From contig CM082592.2 in NCBI GenBank assembly GCA_040954595.2, positions 620,001 through 684,000 on the forward strand: a stretch of 64,000 nucleotides of DNA, in the 5' to 3' direction. Shown in pieces: positions 24,987-37,100 of the stretch. The position numbers were made by a program, and so were the translations under genes. Below the pieces are notes generated by a model. That model made no database searches, was not told the DNA's origin, and saw nothing but the letters and a program-made list of their open reading frames with translations. Source of the DNA: Balanoglossus misakiensis (Eukaryota; Animalia; Hemichordata). How positions within the stretch are numbered: the first letter of the stretch is position 1; each line of letters opens with the position of its first letter.

Positions 24987-27900
24987 TTCTTATTTTCTTT
25001 GCTTTGGGTCAATGACAACAGTGGTGGCGATTCAGCAGACAATTCAGAGAAATTTTCTCTTGATGTGTCATAACGCCGGTCCTCGCCACCTTCAATATCC
25101 GTTACATCACCTTCACTGACACTAGTATCGTTTTGTCTATCGTCTCTGTTCTCTTTTAAGAACGCTAAAATTGAGCTTTGTGATTTAACGCTCGAGCTCG
25201 AGGGCTCAGGTGCTTTGTTTGCCAGACTTTGCGGTTTCTCAACACGGTCTTCGTCCCCCGTTTCACGCCTGGATGTTCCTTGTAACGGTGTGCTGTCACT
25301 TTCTAGTCTCGATACCGCATCTGCAGGATTCGTAGACCTTTTCTGCATTGTGTATTTGGTGGACTGAGACGTTAATTCTTCGTGTACCTGAGAAGTCATA
25401 CAATTTCTTGCAATATGCCCCTCTCTTTTACAGAGTCTGCATTTGATTTGTCCAGTGCAATTGTACGCAGTATGTCCCTCCTCTAAGCATTTGCCGCATC
25501 GTGGCTGCGTCTCCGCTGTGGATTGTTTATAAATAATCTTCGCGTAAAATGCACCGATCTTAACCTGAGCTGGTAATGGTGTCTTTGGTTTTTCGATGAA
25601 CACAGTTCGATCCCCATTAAGAATGTTTGTCAACTTGCCGTCTAACCTCCATTTCTGTCTGGATATATCTGTTTTGAGCTTACAGCCCAAACCAGTAAGT
25701 GTAGCGGCAATAGCATCATCATCGTGTGACAATGGTAGATCTTTTATCGTTAAACTTAACCAATCTTCATGAAACTCTCTTCGGAAGGGATTTCGCCCCC
25801 ACAGCTCTATCGACTTCCCGCGTAGTGTGAGTCCATGTTGTAACAAAATTGTCCGGTCTGCTTCGTCATTCATATAAATACGCGACAGACCTCTTATCCG
25901 TTGCAACCCTTCCAAGCTGCCGATGGTGACAACTTCTGAAACGGCTGCTATAATTTCCTCACCTCTTAGCCATTGATTACTGTCCCTGGGAACTATGTCC
26001 GACTGCTTCAGAAAGACGGGTAAAACTCCTACTTCACCGTCTTTGTCTTGCAGGCGTTTGGTCGTCACCACCTGCGCATAACTGGCTTTGTCTCTGACGG
26101 CCATGCTTGCTCGAGACCACGAAAACTAGCAAAATGTCTTTCTTCTGAGAATCAAAATGCTTCTTTGCTCTCGAGTTAGCTGCAAGTATCTATCCAAAAG
26201 CATATACCTTCAGTTTCGCCACAAAATTCACCGATTTCACGTGAAAAAACGATGAAAACTCTGAGCGTGCTAGAAATCTGCTTCCGTAGATGGCTGACTC
26301 TAGCGCCCTCCATCCAGACTGGCGTAAGTTATCAACGGTGATTACGTCGGATTTCCTACGGCCTACGGCCTGGTTTAGCTGAAGCCCCGGCACTTTAGAG
26401 CGGAAACACGCGTACATTGACCACGATGATCAAGTCAGATCTCCTACGGCCTGGCTCGACTAAAACCCCGGCACACCATGACAGACACTAGCGTTCGTTA
26501 GCAACGGTGATCAAGTCGGATTTCCTTCGGCCTGGCTCTGCAAAAGACCCGACACTCTAGTACAAAGACGTTGGCTAAGTCGGGCAAACCGAAGAGGGGA
26601 AGTCACAGCGGGTCAACACTCGACATTTGTTCGGGTAGGACTGCATTATTGCCTGTCAATTTATAGAGAAAGCCCGAATTTAACCAGGGCGTTTCAAACA
26701 CCGACGTTAGTTGGGGGCACGGCCTGCAGTACTGCCGGGTAAGCTTACATCGGCGTACCGCATATAATGTAGGGGGGGGGGGGGACAGAACGGTTCAATA
26801 CTACATTTATTAGATATCAGCTAATTTTGGACAATCATCTAAAATCTAAATCATTTTTTCATATTTGGATATCTGATGATGTATGAAATTTCTATTATAT
26901 GTAAAGATGGTGCTGATTATAAAAAATGCACTCTGAATGAGCTGATTTAATACAAAATTGCGTTTTATTCGTTTTTGCACCAAAAAGGTCATTTTTAGGC
27001 AAAACATTCTTTATTTTTTTTAATTCGGTGACCTGATCATATACAAACAATTGCTTGTATGTTAAAAGTTTTTATGACTTTTAAAAGCAGTGACACTGGC
27101 GGCATTCAACACGAAAATAACAATTTTAACCACAATTTGGTCAAAATGGTAAATTTTTGAAAATTACAAAAAATACCTGTTTTCTACATTTTTGGAAATC
27201 TGATGGAGTATAGAATCCTCTTCGTATATATATATCGATACAAATTCCACAAAAAAACGGCCAATTTGGCTCACCGCAGACAATTTTTTTTAATTCGGTG
27301 ACCTGATCATATATAAACAATTGCTTGTATGTTAAAAGTTTTTATGACTTTTAAAAGCAGTGACACTGGCGGCATTCAACACGAAAATAACAATTTTAGC
27401 CACAATTTGGTCAAAATTGTAAATTTTTGAAAATTACAAAAAATACCTGTTTTCTACATTTTCGGAAATCTGATGGAGTATAGAATGCTCTTCGTATGTA
27501 TATATCGATACAAATTCCACAAAATACAGTCTAATTTGGCTCACTGCAGACAAAATTGCGTTTTACCAAATTTTCCTTGAAAATGTCATTTTTAGAAAAA
27601 AATAAAAAACCTTTGTTCTTCGAATTTGGTGCCCTGATCATATATGACATGTTGATTGTATGTTAAAACTTTCGACCTCTCCAAAAATGCAGAGATATTG
27701 ACGGAATTCAAGAAAAAATAGCCATTTTGGCCATATTTTGACAAAAATGGTAATTTTTTAAAAAATCATAAAAAATTAACTCTTTTCTTCATTTTCGGAA
27801 ATATTATGGAGCATGAAGTGTCGTTCTCTTGTAAAAAGTGCTGCAAATTGCAGAAAAGGTGGTATAATTTGAATCACCCAAGACAAAATTACCATTTTCG

Positions 27901-29100
27901 ACTTTTTTTCGAAAAATTGTCTTTTTTACAAAATAAATAAGAATAAATTCTTTTCTTAGTTTGAAACGGGTAGAGATACTTTCCACACGGGTTTTCTAAC
28001 ATTGAATTCCCGTTCATCAACTCAGATTTCCTACAGCATAAGTCGGCTAAAACCCAGACACTCTAGAGCAGAAACAGTTGCACACTGGTAACGTTGAACA
28101 AGTCGATTTTTCTACGGCCTGGCTCGGCTAAATCTCCGTCACAATATGACAGACACTAGCGTACGTTAGCAACGGTGATCAAGTCAGATTTCCTACGGCC
28201 TGGTTTAGCTGAAGCCCCGGCACTTTAGAGCGGAAACACGCGTACATTGACCACGATGATCAAGTCAGATCTCCTACGGCCTGGCTCGACTAAAACCCCG
28301 GCACACCATGACAGACACTAGCGTTTGTTAGCAACGTTGATCAAGTCAGATTTCCTACGGCATGGCTTGGCTAAAGCCCTGGCACTCTAGAGCAGAAACA
28401 CGCCTACAGAGACCACGTTGATCTACTCACATTTCCTTCGGCCTGGCACGGCTGATGCCCCGGCACTATATATAGGACACAGACTGGCGTAAGTTAACAA
28501 CGGTAATCACGTTGGGTTTCCTACGGCCTGGCTCAACTGAAGCCCCGGCACTCTAGAGCAGAAACAGGCGTATATTGACCACGTTGATCAAGTCAGATTT
28601 CCTACGGCGTGACTCGGCTGGTGCACCGGCTCTATATGAGACAGACTGGCGTAAGTTATCAACGGTGATTACGTCGGATTTCCTACGGCCTGGTTTAGCT
28701 GAAGCCCCGGCACTTTAGAGCGGAAACACGCGTACATTGACCACGATGATCAAGTCAGATCTCCTACGGCCTGGCTCGACTAAAACCCCGGCACACCATG
28801 ACAGACACTAGCGTTCGTTAGCAACGGTGATCAAGTTGGATTTCCTTCGGCCTGGCTCTGCAAAAGACCAGACACTCTAGTACAAAGACGTTGGCTAAGT
28901 CGGGCAAACCGAAGAGGGAAAGTCACAGCTGGTCAATACTTGACATTTGTTCGGGTAGGACTGCATTATTGCCTGTCAATTTATTGAGAAAGCCCGAATT
29001 TAACCCGGGCGTTTCAAACACCGACGTTAGTTGGGGGCACGGCCTGCAGTACTGCCGGGTAAGCTGACATCGGCGTACCGCATATAATGTAGGGGGGGGG

Positions 29101-30171
29101 GTAAAACCGGTTTTTCTGAGGCACAACGAATTCAGCAGAAACAATCCTGACGCTGCACAGATATCCGGACCAGAGCTGGTAAGCGCCATGGCAGACGCGA
29201 TCGACCCGAACGGAATTACTGGAATACAGCGTATTCGAGGGCTATGGCGATTATATGTAAAAGACAATGCGGACAGAATTATACTTCTGACAGCTGGTAT
29301 AAATATGCGTGGCAGAAATGTTACACTCCACGATGAAAATCCATTCCTCACTTCGAAGAGGGACACGACAGACCGGATCATCGTGAGAAACTTGCCACTG
29401 TCAGCAGATGATTCCGTAATACGGCAGAAATTTGACGTCCTTGGTATGAAAATTAAAGCGATAACAAGAGCCAAATGGAGAATTGATGGGAAGCTGTCGA
29501 ATATCGACAACGGAGACCGCTTTGTGTTCGTCGAGAAGTTGAAACAACCTATACCAACAGATTGGCAGGTGAGAATGGGCACCTTTCTGGTAAACCTGCT
29601 GTACAGAGAACCTAGACCATCGAGTGAGGCGGACGCTAATGCAGAACCTTCTTGCTACAACTGTCTGCAACGAGGACACAGAAGACACGAGTGCCACAAC
29701 GCCGTTGCGTGCACATTGTGTAAGGTGAGCGGACATATTAGGGCGCAGTGTCCATCACGCACAGACACTAGTCGTTATGTGACCAGACTCCAGAGAGTTG
29801 AAACGACCGATACACACGACAGAGATGGAGCCAAAGAAGGAGAGAAGACATCACCAAGTCTGCATGCCGCAGATGAGAAGAAAACCGCCGCTGGGGAAAG
29901 TGTGACCAGAAAAGAGCAGTCCACTCAACCAAAAATCACAGCCTTCGTTGCCGGACTACAAATGACTAGCAAGACACCGACAGATGTCAAACGTAAACAC
30001 ATCAGCACGTCCACAGAGCTATCGACCTCCACTATGCTATCGGAAGAAGAGGTATTGGAGTCGGAAAATGAAAGACCCGCGACTTCAGAGCTCGTTAAAG
30101 ACACTCGTGGCGATTCCCGAAGAACACGAAGAGAAGATAAAAAGAGGAAGAAGGCAAAACGTAAACGATGA
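29101..30171 (+). pseudogene. Element B ORF1 (two CCHC knuckles), N-terminally truncated
   Basis: The frame is open from 29101 (VKPVFLR, matching VLPVFLK at about residue 28 of element A ORF1). Also GIQRIRGLWRLY, knuckles CYNCLQRGHRRHEC and CTLCKVSGHIRAQC, and a basic tail KKRKKAKRKR. Confidence 0.9.
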
Positions 30172-33100
30172 GTAGTAAGATATAGAAGATATAGGGCTTC
30201 TTTGCCACCTTTGAACTCAAATAACATACATTTGTTATCTCTAAACTGTCGGGGTTTAAGAGGTGATGAGAAAAGACGACAAATATTTCAGTGGTGTAGA
30301 GACCAAAAACCACATGTATTATTGCTACAAGAAACTTACTGGGACGAACAAATTCAAGATCAAATTTGCAGAGAGTGGAAAGGGAAAATGTTCCATTCTT
30401 TTGGTACTAACCACAGTAAAGGGGTTACGATTTTTGTCGATGAAAAATTGGATCATGAGATAAAGTATTCAAAAAGAGACCAGTATGGGAGAAAATTACT
30501 TGTATCTTTAGATATCAATGGTGAAACATTTACTATAGTTAATATTTACGCACCAAATCAACCCAAAGAAAGGGAGCTTTTCTTTATGTCTTTGAAATGT
30601 TGGATTCAAAAACATACGAATGGGGATGACTACGTGTTCATTGGGGGTGATTTCAACACCGTTTCAGATGCGAAGGTTGATTCATTTGGAACGAAGTGTC
30701 ATTCTGTTAAATCTAAGAAACTGGGCGGGATTTTGAAATCTTTTAAATTGTGTGATGTATGGCTAGAAATGAACCCTGCTAAACTACAGTTCACCTGGAG
30801 ACAAGTTAACCGTGGAATTGCGAGTAGACTTGACTTTTGGTTAATTCCCCATGACCTTCTTTCTAGTGTTAACTCTGCCGATATTCGGCCGACTATTAGA
30901 ACAGACCATAATGCCATTTCCTTAAAGATTAGCCCTTAAAAAAAATATTGTAAAGGCCCGGGATATTGGAAGCTCAATACGAGTCTACTCAAGGATGACA
31001 ACTATAGAATAATAATAAACAACGTCATAACACAAGCCATAACAAATTATCAAAAACTTTATGATTATAGAAGTTTATTAGATCTAATTAAGGTGAAAGT
31101 TAGAGAAGCAAGTATTAAATATGGAAGGGAAAAGGAAAAATATAAAAAAAAGAGACAAGCAATAATTCAAGAACAGCTAAAAGAAATTGAAGATAAATTA
31201 CTTAGAGATAACAGGGGAAAGGAAGACCTAATAAACATTTATGAAGAAAAAAAGAGGGAACTAACTCAGCTATATGTAAATAAACTACGTGGGATTCAAA
31301 TTAGATCCAGAGTGAAGTGGTACGAAGAAGGAGAAAGAAACAGTCGTTATTTCCTGGGACTAGAAAAGAAAAGATCTAGAGCAAAACATATAAACAGGTT
31401 GATGGTTAATGATAAGGTTATTACAAAGACAGATGAGATATTAGCAGAAGAAAAGGCTTTTTATGAAGATCTTTATAAATCCAAGAGTGTTAATAACAGT
31501 AAAGTTAAAAAATACATAAATGACATTAAAATAGAGTCTAAGATCAAAGCAAGTAAGGCATTATTGTGTGATGGTAAAGTTTCTGAGGAGGAATGTCTAA
31601 AAGCCATGCGCAGAATGAAAAGCAACAAAACACCAGGACCAGATGGCATTCCTATAGAATTTTACAGAGTGTTTTGGAAAAATATAGGTAAGATAGCAGT
31701 AGACGCATTTAATGAAGGTTATGATAAAGGTACGCTAGCCAATTCTCAGTGTAATGGTATCATAACGTTAATACATAAAAAGGAGTGTAGGCTTAATCTA
31801 AAAAATTGGAGGCCCATATCGCTGCTCAATCATGATTACAAAATATTATCATGCGTGTTAGCTAATAGACTAAATCAGGTTATACCCAAGTTGATTAGTA
31901 CTGACCAAGTGGGTTATATGAAAGGACGTTTTAGTGGCCAAAACGTTCGGCTTATTCAGGATATTATCGACTTCTCGGAGAAACGTAACAAGGGGGGAGC
32001 AATTTTGTTCCTTGACTTTTGTAAGGCTTTTGATACTGTCGAACACAATTTTATGTTCTTAGCTCTGGAAAAATTTGGATTAGGTCATTCTTTTATAACA
32101 TGGATTAAAACTATCTATTCCAAGTGTAATAGTTCCTTCATAAATAATGGTTGGATAACGCCACTTTTTAATCTACAAAGGGGCATTCGACAGGGATGTC
32201 CCCTGTCTGCGATTTTATTTTTAATAGTAGCAGAAATTCTTGCAACTGTAATTAGAAATGATGACGAAATAGAGGGTTTCAAAGTCAATAATTATAAAGT
32301 TAAGATCACACAATTAGCTGATTATATGCAGGTATACATAAGCAAAGAAAAATCTCTCATGCGTTTACTTAACTTGATTGATGAGTATGGGAAGTATTCT
32401 GGTTTGAAACTAAATAGAGACAAGACGGAAGGCTTAAAACTAGGAGGCTGGAAAGCTAAGAACAACCTTGGCTTGATTTCATGGCCTGATAAACCAATTA
32501 AAGTATTGGGTGTTTATTTTGGATATGCACGTTTTGAAGAGGAAGTAAGGAAGTTAAATTGGGATACTAAGATTGACAGAATTGAAATACTCTTAGATTC
32601 ATGGAAGAAAAGATATTTGTCAATTTTTGGAAAAATCACAATTATTAAATGTTTAGCCATGTCGAAAATAACATATTTGGCATCGATGATTGACATTCCT
32701 GATGCCGTGATAAATAGATTAAGTAGTTTGTTCTATGATTTTTTATGGAGTGGGAAAAAAGGGAAGATTTAGAGGGAAATCATTATAAATAAATATGAAA
32801 AGGGAGGGGTACAAATGATTGATATCAGGTCAATGGTGAAGGCACTGAAATGCAGATGGGTGGAACGGCTCATGAAAGCTAATTGTGATACGTGGAAAGC
32901 AGTGATTGATTTTTATTTCAAAGATTTCGGAGGGATCAAAAATATCTTCTCTTATAATTTAGACAAAAGAGGTTTAACTTTCATTACGAGAAACATGCCA
33001 AACTTTTACAGAAATGTTCTATTTAGCTGGTACGATATTGTCATGAATAACAACAAGGTTAAAATGTCTCCGAACAATATTGGAGAGGAAGTAATTTCGG

Positions 33101-33963
33101 GAAATCAACATATAACATGTAATAATAGAGTCTTGTTTTTTACTGAATGGATTGACTGCAACATAATGTATGTTTCAGATTTGTTTCAAAAAGGTGTTTT
33201 CATGAAACGGGGCTATTTATTAGAAAAATTGAAAAACAAAAGAAATTGGATAACACAGTATCTAATACTGAAAAAAGTCATACCAAACGAATGGAAGAGA
33301 AGAATGATGTCTGCTAAGAGCTTTCTGTGTGTAAATCGAGATATAAAGACAATAATGAAAAAAGATCACACAGGGAAATACAAAAATATACATGATTTTT
33401 CATGCAAAGATTTTTATTGGAACATTGTGAACAGAAAGGCGTTGAAGTCATATGCGCCGACATTTTGGGCAAATAGTTGTGATACAGAACACATAAACTG
33501 GGCGTTAATCATGAAAATTAAAATAAAAGACATGGGTGTTAAAAAAATTGCCCAATTTAATTATTTTTTACTTTACAACAAAATCCCACACGGTTTAAAT
33601 CTGTGGAAATGGAAGAAAGCAGACAATCCGAATTGTGAAATATGTAAATGTACGGATGACTGCATGCATTTTCTTTTTGATTGCTCTGTTGTGAAACATT
33701 TTTGGAAAAGACTGAACGTTCTTATTAATACTGTGTACAATATTAACATAAAGCTAATTTGGAAGCATATTGTATTTGGGTACATGATGGAATGTGACAA
33801 GCTTGAATCACTAAATATGATCATAATGGTGGCAACTTTTTGTGTATACAAAGCAAGAATTATTAACGAAAATCACATACGCCGATTATTAATAGAAGAG
33901 TTAACGTACTCTCAACAGATAAAAAAGGATGGAAAAATCCATGAGTGTCCAAGTCTTCTTTGA
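30172..33963 (+). pseudogene. Element B ORF2: APE + RT + zinc finger with two in-frame stops
   Basis: The three ORF-track pieces share one frame, with premature TAA (30937-30939) and TAG (32770-32772). Motifs SLNCRG, LQET, NIYAPN, GDFN, SRLD, TDH, DFCKAFDTV, RQGCPLS. The catalytic motif reads QLADY instead of xADD. C-terminal CEIC...H...C. Confidence 0.93.
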
Positions 33964-34120
33964 GATGTAAAATTATTATAGAGTTCACCATAACTATATG
34001 TATTTGAAATATTGATAATGAACAGAAACATTGTAAAGTTGGATCTTGCCTTTATCAGACGCATGTGTAAAAATGTATGTTAATTGAGTGGGATGTAAAA
34101 ATGTACGTTAATTTGAGTTG

Positions 34121-34126
34121 AATAAA
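34121..34126 (+). promoter_or_regulatory. Polyadenylation signal of element B
   Basis: AATAAA ~10 nt upstream of the A-rich tail. Confidence 0.7.
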
Positions 34127-37100
34127 CATTACTTTAAAGAAAAAAAAATAATGTAGGGGGAGGGGGAACAGAACGGTTCAATACTACATTTATTAGATAT
34201 CAGCTAATTTTCGACAATCATCTAAAATCTAAATCATTTTTTCATATTTGGATATCTGATGATGTAGGAAATTTCCATTATATGTAAAAATGGTGCTGAT
34301 TATAAAAAATGCACTCTGATTTAATACAAAATTGCGTTTTATTCGTTTTTGCACCAAAAAGGTCATTTTTAGGCAAAACATTCTTTATTTTTTTAATTCG
34401 GTGACCTGATCATATATAAACAATTGCTTGTATGTTAAAAGTTTTTATGACTTTTAAAAGCAGTGACACTGGCGGCATTCAACACGAAAATAACAATTTT
34501 AGCCACAATTTGGTCAAAATGGTAAATTTTTGAAAATTACAAAAATACCTGTTTTCTACATTTTCGGAAATCTGATGGAGTATAGAATGCTCTTCGTATG
34601 TATATATCTATACAAATTCCACAAAAGACCGTCTAATTTGGCTCACTGCAGACAAAATTGCGTTTTACCAAATTTTCCTTGAAAATGTCATTTTTTGAAA
34701 AATAAAATAAAAAAACCTTTGTTCTTCGAATTTGGTGCCCTGATCATATATGACATGTTGATTGTATGTTAAAACTTTCGACCACACCAAAAATGCAGAG
34801 ATATTGACGGAATTCAAGAAAAAATAGCCATTTTGGCCATATTTTGACAAAATGGTACATTTTTAAAAAATCTTAAAAAATAAACTCTTTTCTTCATTTT
34901 CGGAAATATTATGGAGCATGAAGTGTCGTTCTCTTGTAAAAAGTGCTGCAAATTCCAGAAAAGGCGGTATAATTTGAATCACCCAAGACAAAATTACCAT
35001 TTTCGACTTTTTTTCGAAAAATTGTCTTTTTTACAAAATAAATAAGAATAAATTCTTTTCTTAGTTTCAAACGGGTAGAGATACTTTCCACACGGGTTTT
35101 CTAACATTGAATTCCCGTTCATCAACTCAGATTTCCTACGGCATGGCTTGGATAAAGCCCCGGCACTCTAGAGCAGAAACACGCGTACCAGGACCACGTT
35201 GATCAAGTCTGATCTCCTACGGCTTGGCTCGACTAAAACCCCGGCACACTATGACAGACACTAGCGTTCGTTAGCAACGTTGATCAAGTCAGATTTCCTA
35301 CGGCATGGCTTGGCTAAAGCCCTGGCACTCTAGAGCAGAAACACGCGTACAGAGACCACGTTGATCTACTCACATTTCCTTCGGCCTGGCACGGCTGATG
35401 CCCCGGCACTATATATAGGACACAGACTGGCGTAAGTTAACAACGGTAATCACGTCGGGTTTCCTACGGCCTGGCTCAGCTGAAGCCCCGGCACTCAAGA
35501 GCAGAAACAGGCGTACATTGACCACGTTGATCAAGTCAGATTTCCTACAGCGTGACTCGGCTGGTGCACCGGCTCTATATGACACAGACTGGCGTAAGTT
35601 ATCAACGGTGATTACGTCGGATTTCCTACGGCATGGTTTAGCTGAAGCCCCGCCCTTTAGAGCGGAAACACGCGTACATTGACCACGATGATCAAGTCAG
35701 ATCTCCTACGGCCTGGCTCGACTAAAACCCCGGCACACTATGACAGACACTAGCGTTCGTTAGCAACGGTGATCAAGTCGGATTTCCTTCGGCCTGGCTC
35801 TGCAAAAGACCCGACACTCTAGTACAAAGACGTTGGCTAAGTCGGGCAAACCGAAGAGGGAAAGTCACAGCGGGTCAACACTCGACATTTGTTCGGGTAG
35901 GAATGCATTATTGCCTGTCAATTTATAGAGGAAGCCCGAATTTAACCAGGGCGTTTCCAACACCGATGTTAGTTGGGGGCACGGCCTGCAGTACTGCCGG
36001 GTAAGCTGACATCGGCGTACCGCATATAATGTAACGGGGGGGGGGGACGGAACGGTTCAATACTACATTTATTAGATATCAGCTAATTTTGGACAATCAT
36101 CTAAAATCTAAATCATTTTTTCATATTTGGATATCTGATGATGTAGGAAATTTCCATTATATGTTAAAATGGTGCTGATTATAAAAAATGCACTCTGAAT
36201 GAGCTGATTTAATACAAAATTGCGTTTTATTCGTTTTTGCACCAAAAAGGTCATTTTTAGGCAAAACATTCTTTATTTTTTTAATTCGGTGACCTGATCA
36301 TATATAAACAATTGCTTGTATGTTAAAAGTTTTTATGACTTTTAAAAGCAGTGACACTGGCGGCATTCAACACGAAAATAACAATTTTAGCCACAATTTG
36401 GTCAAAATGGTAAATTTTTGAAAATTATAAAAAATACCTGTTTTCTACATTTTCGGAAATCTGATGGAGTATAGAATGCTCTTCGTATGTATATATCGAT
36501 ACAAATTCCACAAAAGACCGTCTAATTTGGCTCACTGCAGACAAAATTGCGTTTTACCAAATTTTCCTTGAAAATGTCATTTTTAGAAAAACAAATAAAA
36601 AAACCTTTGTTCTTTGAATTTGGTGCCCTGATCATATATGACATGTTGATTGTATGTTAAAACTTTCGACCACTCCAAAAATGCAGAGATATTGACGGAA
36701 TTCAAGAAAAAATAGCCATTTTGGCCATATTTTGACAAAAATGGTAAATTTTTAAAAAATCATAAAAAATTAACTCTTTTCTTCATTTTCGGAAATATTA
36801 TGGAGCATGAAGTGTCGTTCTCTTGTAAAAAGTGCTGCAAATTCCAGAAAAGGCGGTATAATTTGAATCACCCAAGACAAAATTACCATTTTCGACTTTT
36901 TTTCGAAAAATTGTCTATTTTACAAAATAAATAAGAATAAATTCTTTTCTTAGTTTCAAACGGGTAGAGATACTTTCCACACGGGTTTCCTAACATTGAC
37001 TTCCCGTTCATCAACTCAGATTTCCTACAGCATAAGTCGGCTAAAACCCTGACACTCTAGAGCAGAAACAGTTGCACACTGGAAACGTTGAACAAGTCGA

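Larger units (their letters stand above)
22043..26104 (-). pseudogene. Element A ORF1 (gag-like nucleic-acid-binding protein, two CCHC zinc knuckles), interrupted near its 3' end by the HINE
   Basis: Knuckles CGKCLEEGHTAYNC and CRLCKREGHIARNC. Removing ~22097-24986 restores the C-terminus ...KENKKKRKRRRKQQQQVRIKGY* (TGA at 22045-22043). The ORF-track tail LKLQAALSGPKLYYLI is insert-derived. Confidence 0.88.
18407..26314 (-). mobile_element. Tx1/L1-clade non-LTR retrotransposon A, apparently full-length, with nested HINE insertion
   Basis: 13-bp TSD CAGACTGGCGTAA at 18394-18406 and 26315-26327. Poly(A) tail (T-run from 18407) preceded by AATAAA. ~210-nt 5' UTR, CCHC ORF1 and APE-RT-ZnF ORF2. 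Confidence 0.95.
29101..34148 (+). mobile_element. Tx1/L1-clade non-LTR retrotransposon B, 5'-truncated and decayed
   Basis: TSD (A)TAATGTAGGGGG... at ~29084-29096+ and ~34148-34160; exact length is ambiguous within the G-run. AATAAA at 34121 and a short A-tail. ORF1 and ORF2 are homologous to element A but clearly a different family. Confidence 0.95.

Noticed and set aside
28923-29582. 219-aa minus-strand ORF and other antisense ORFs inside the retrotransposons
   Set aside because: They are antisense shadows of ORF1/ORF2 running into satellite sequence, with no motifs.
30937-32772. In-frame TAA/TAG in element B as evidence of an alternative genetic code
   Set aside because: Only two cases in about 1260 codons, accompanied by missense damage (ADD>ADY). 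Ordinary decay is sufficient.
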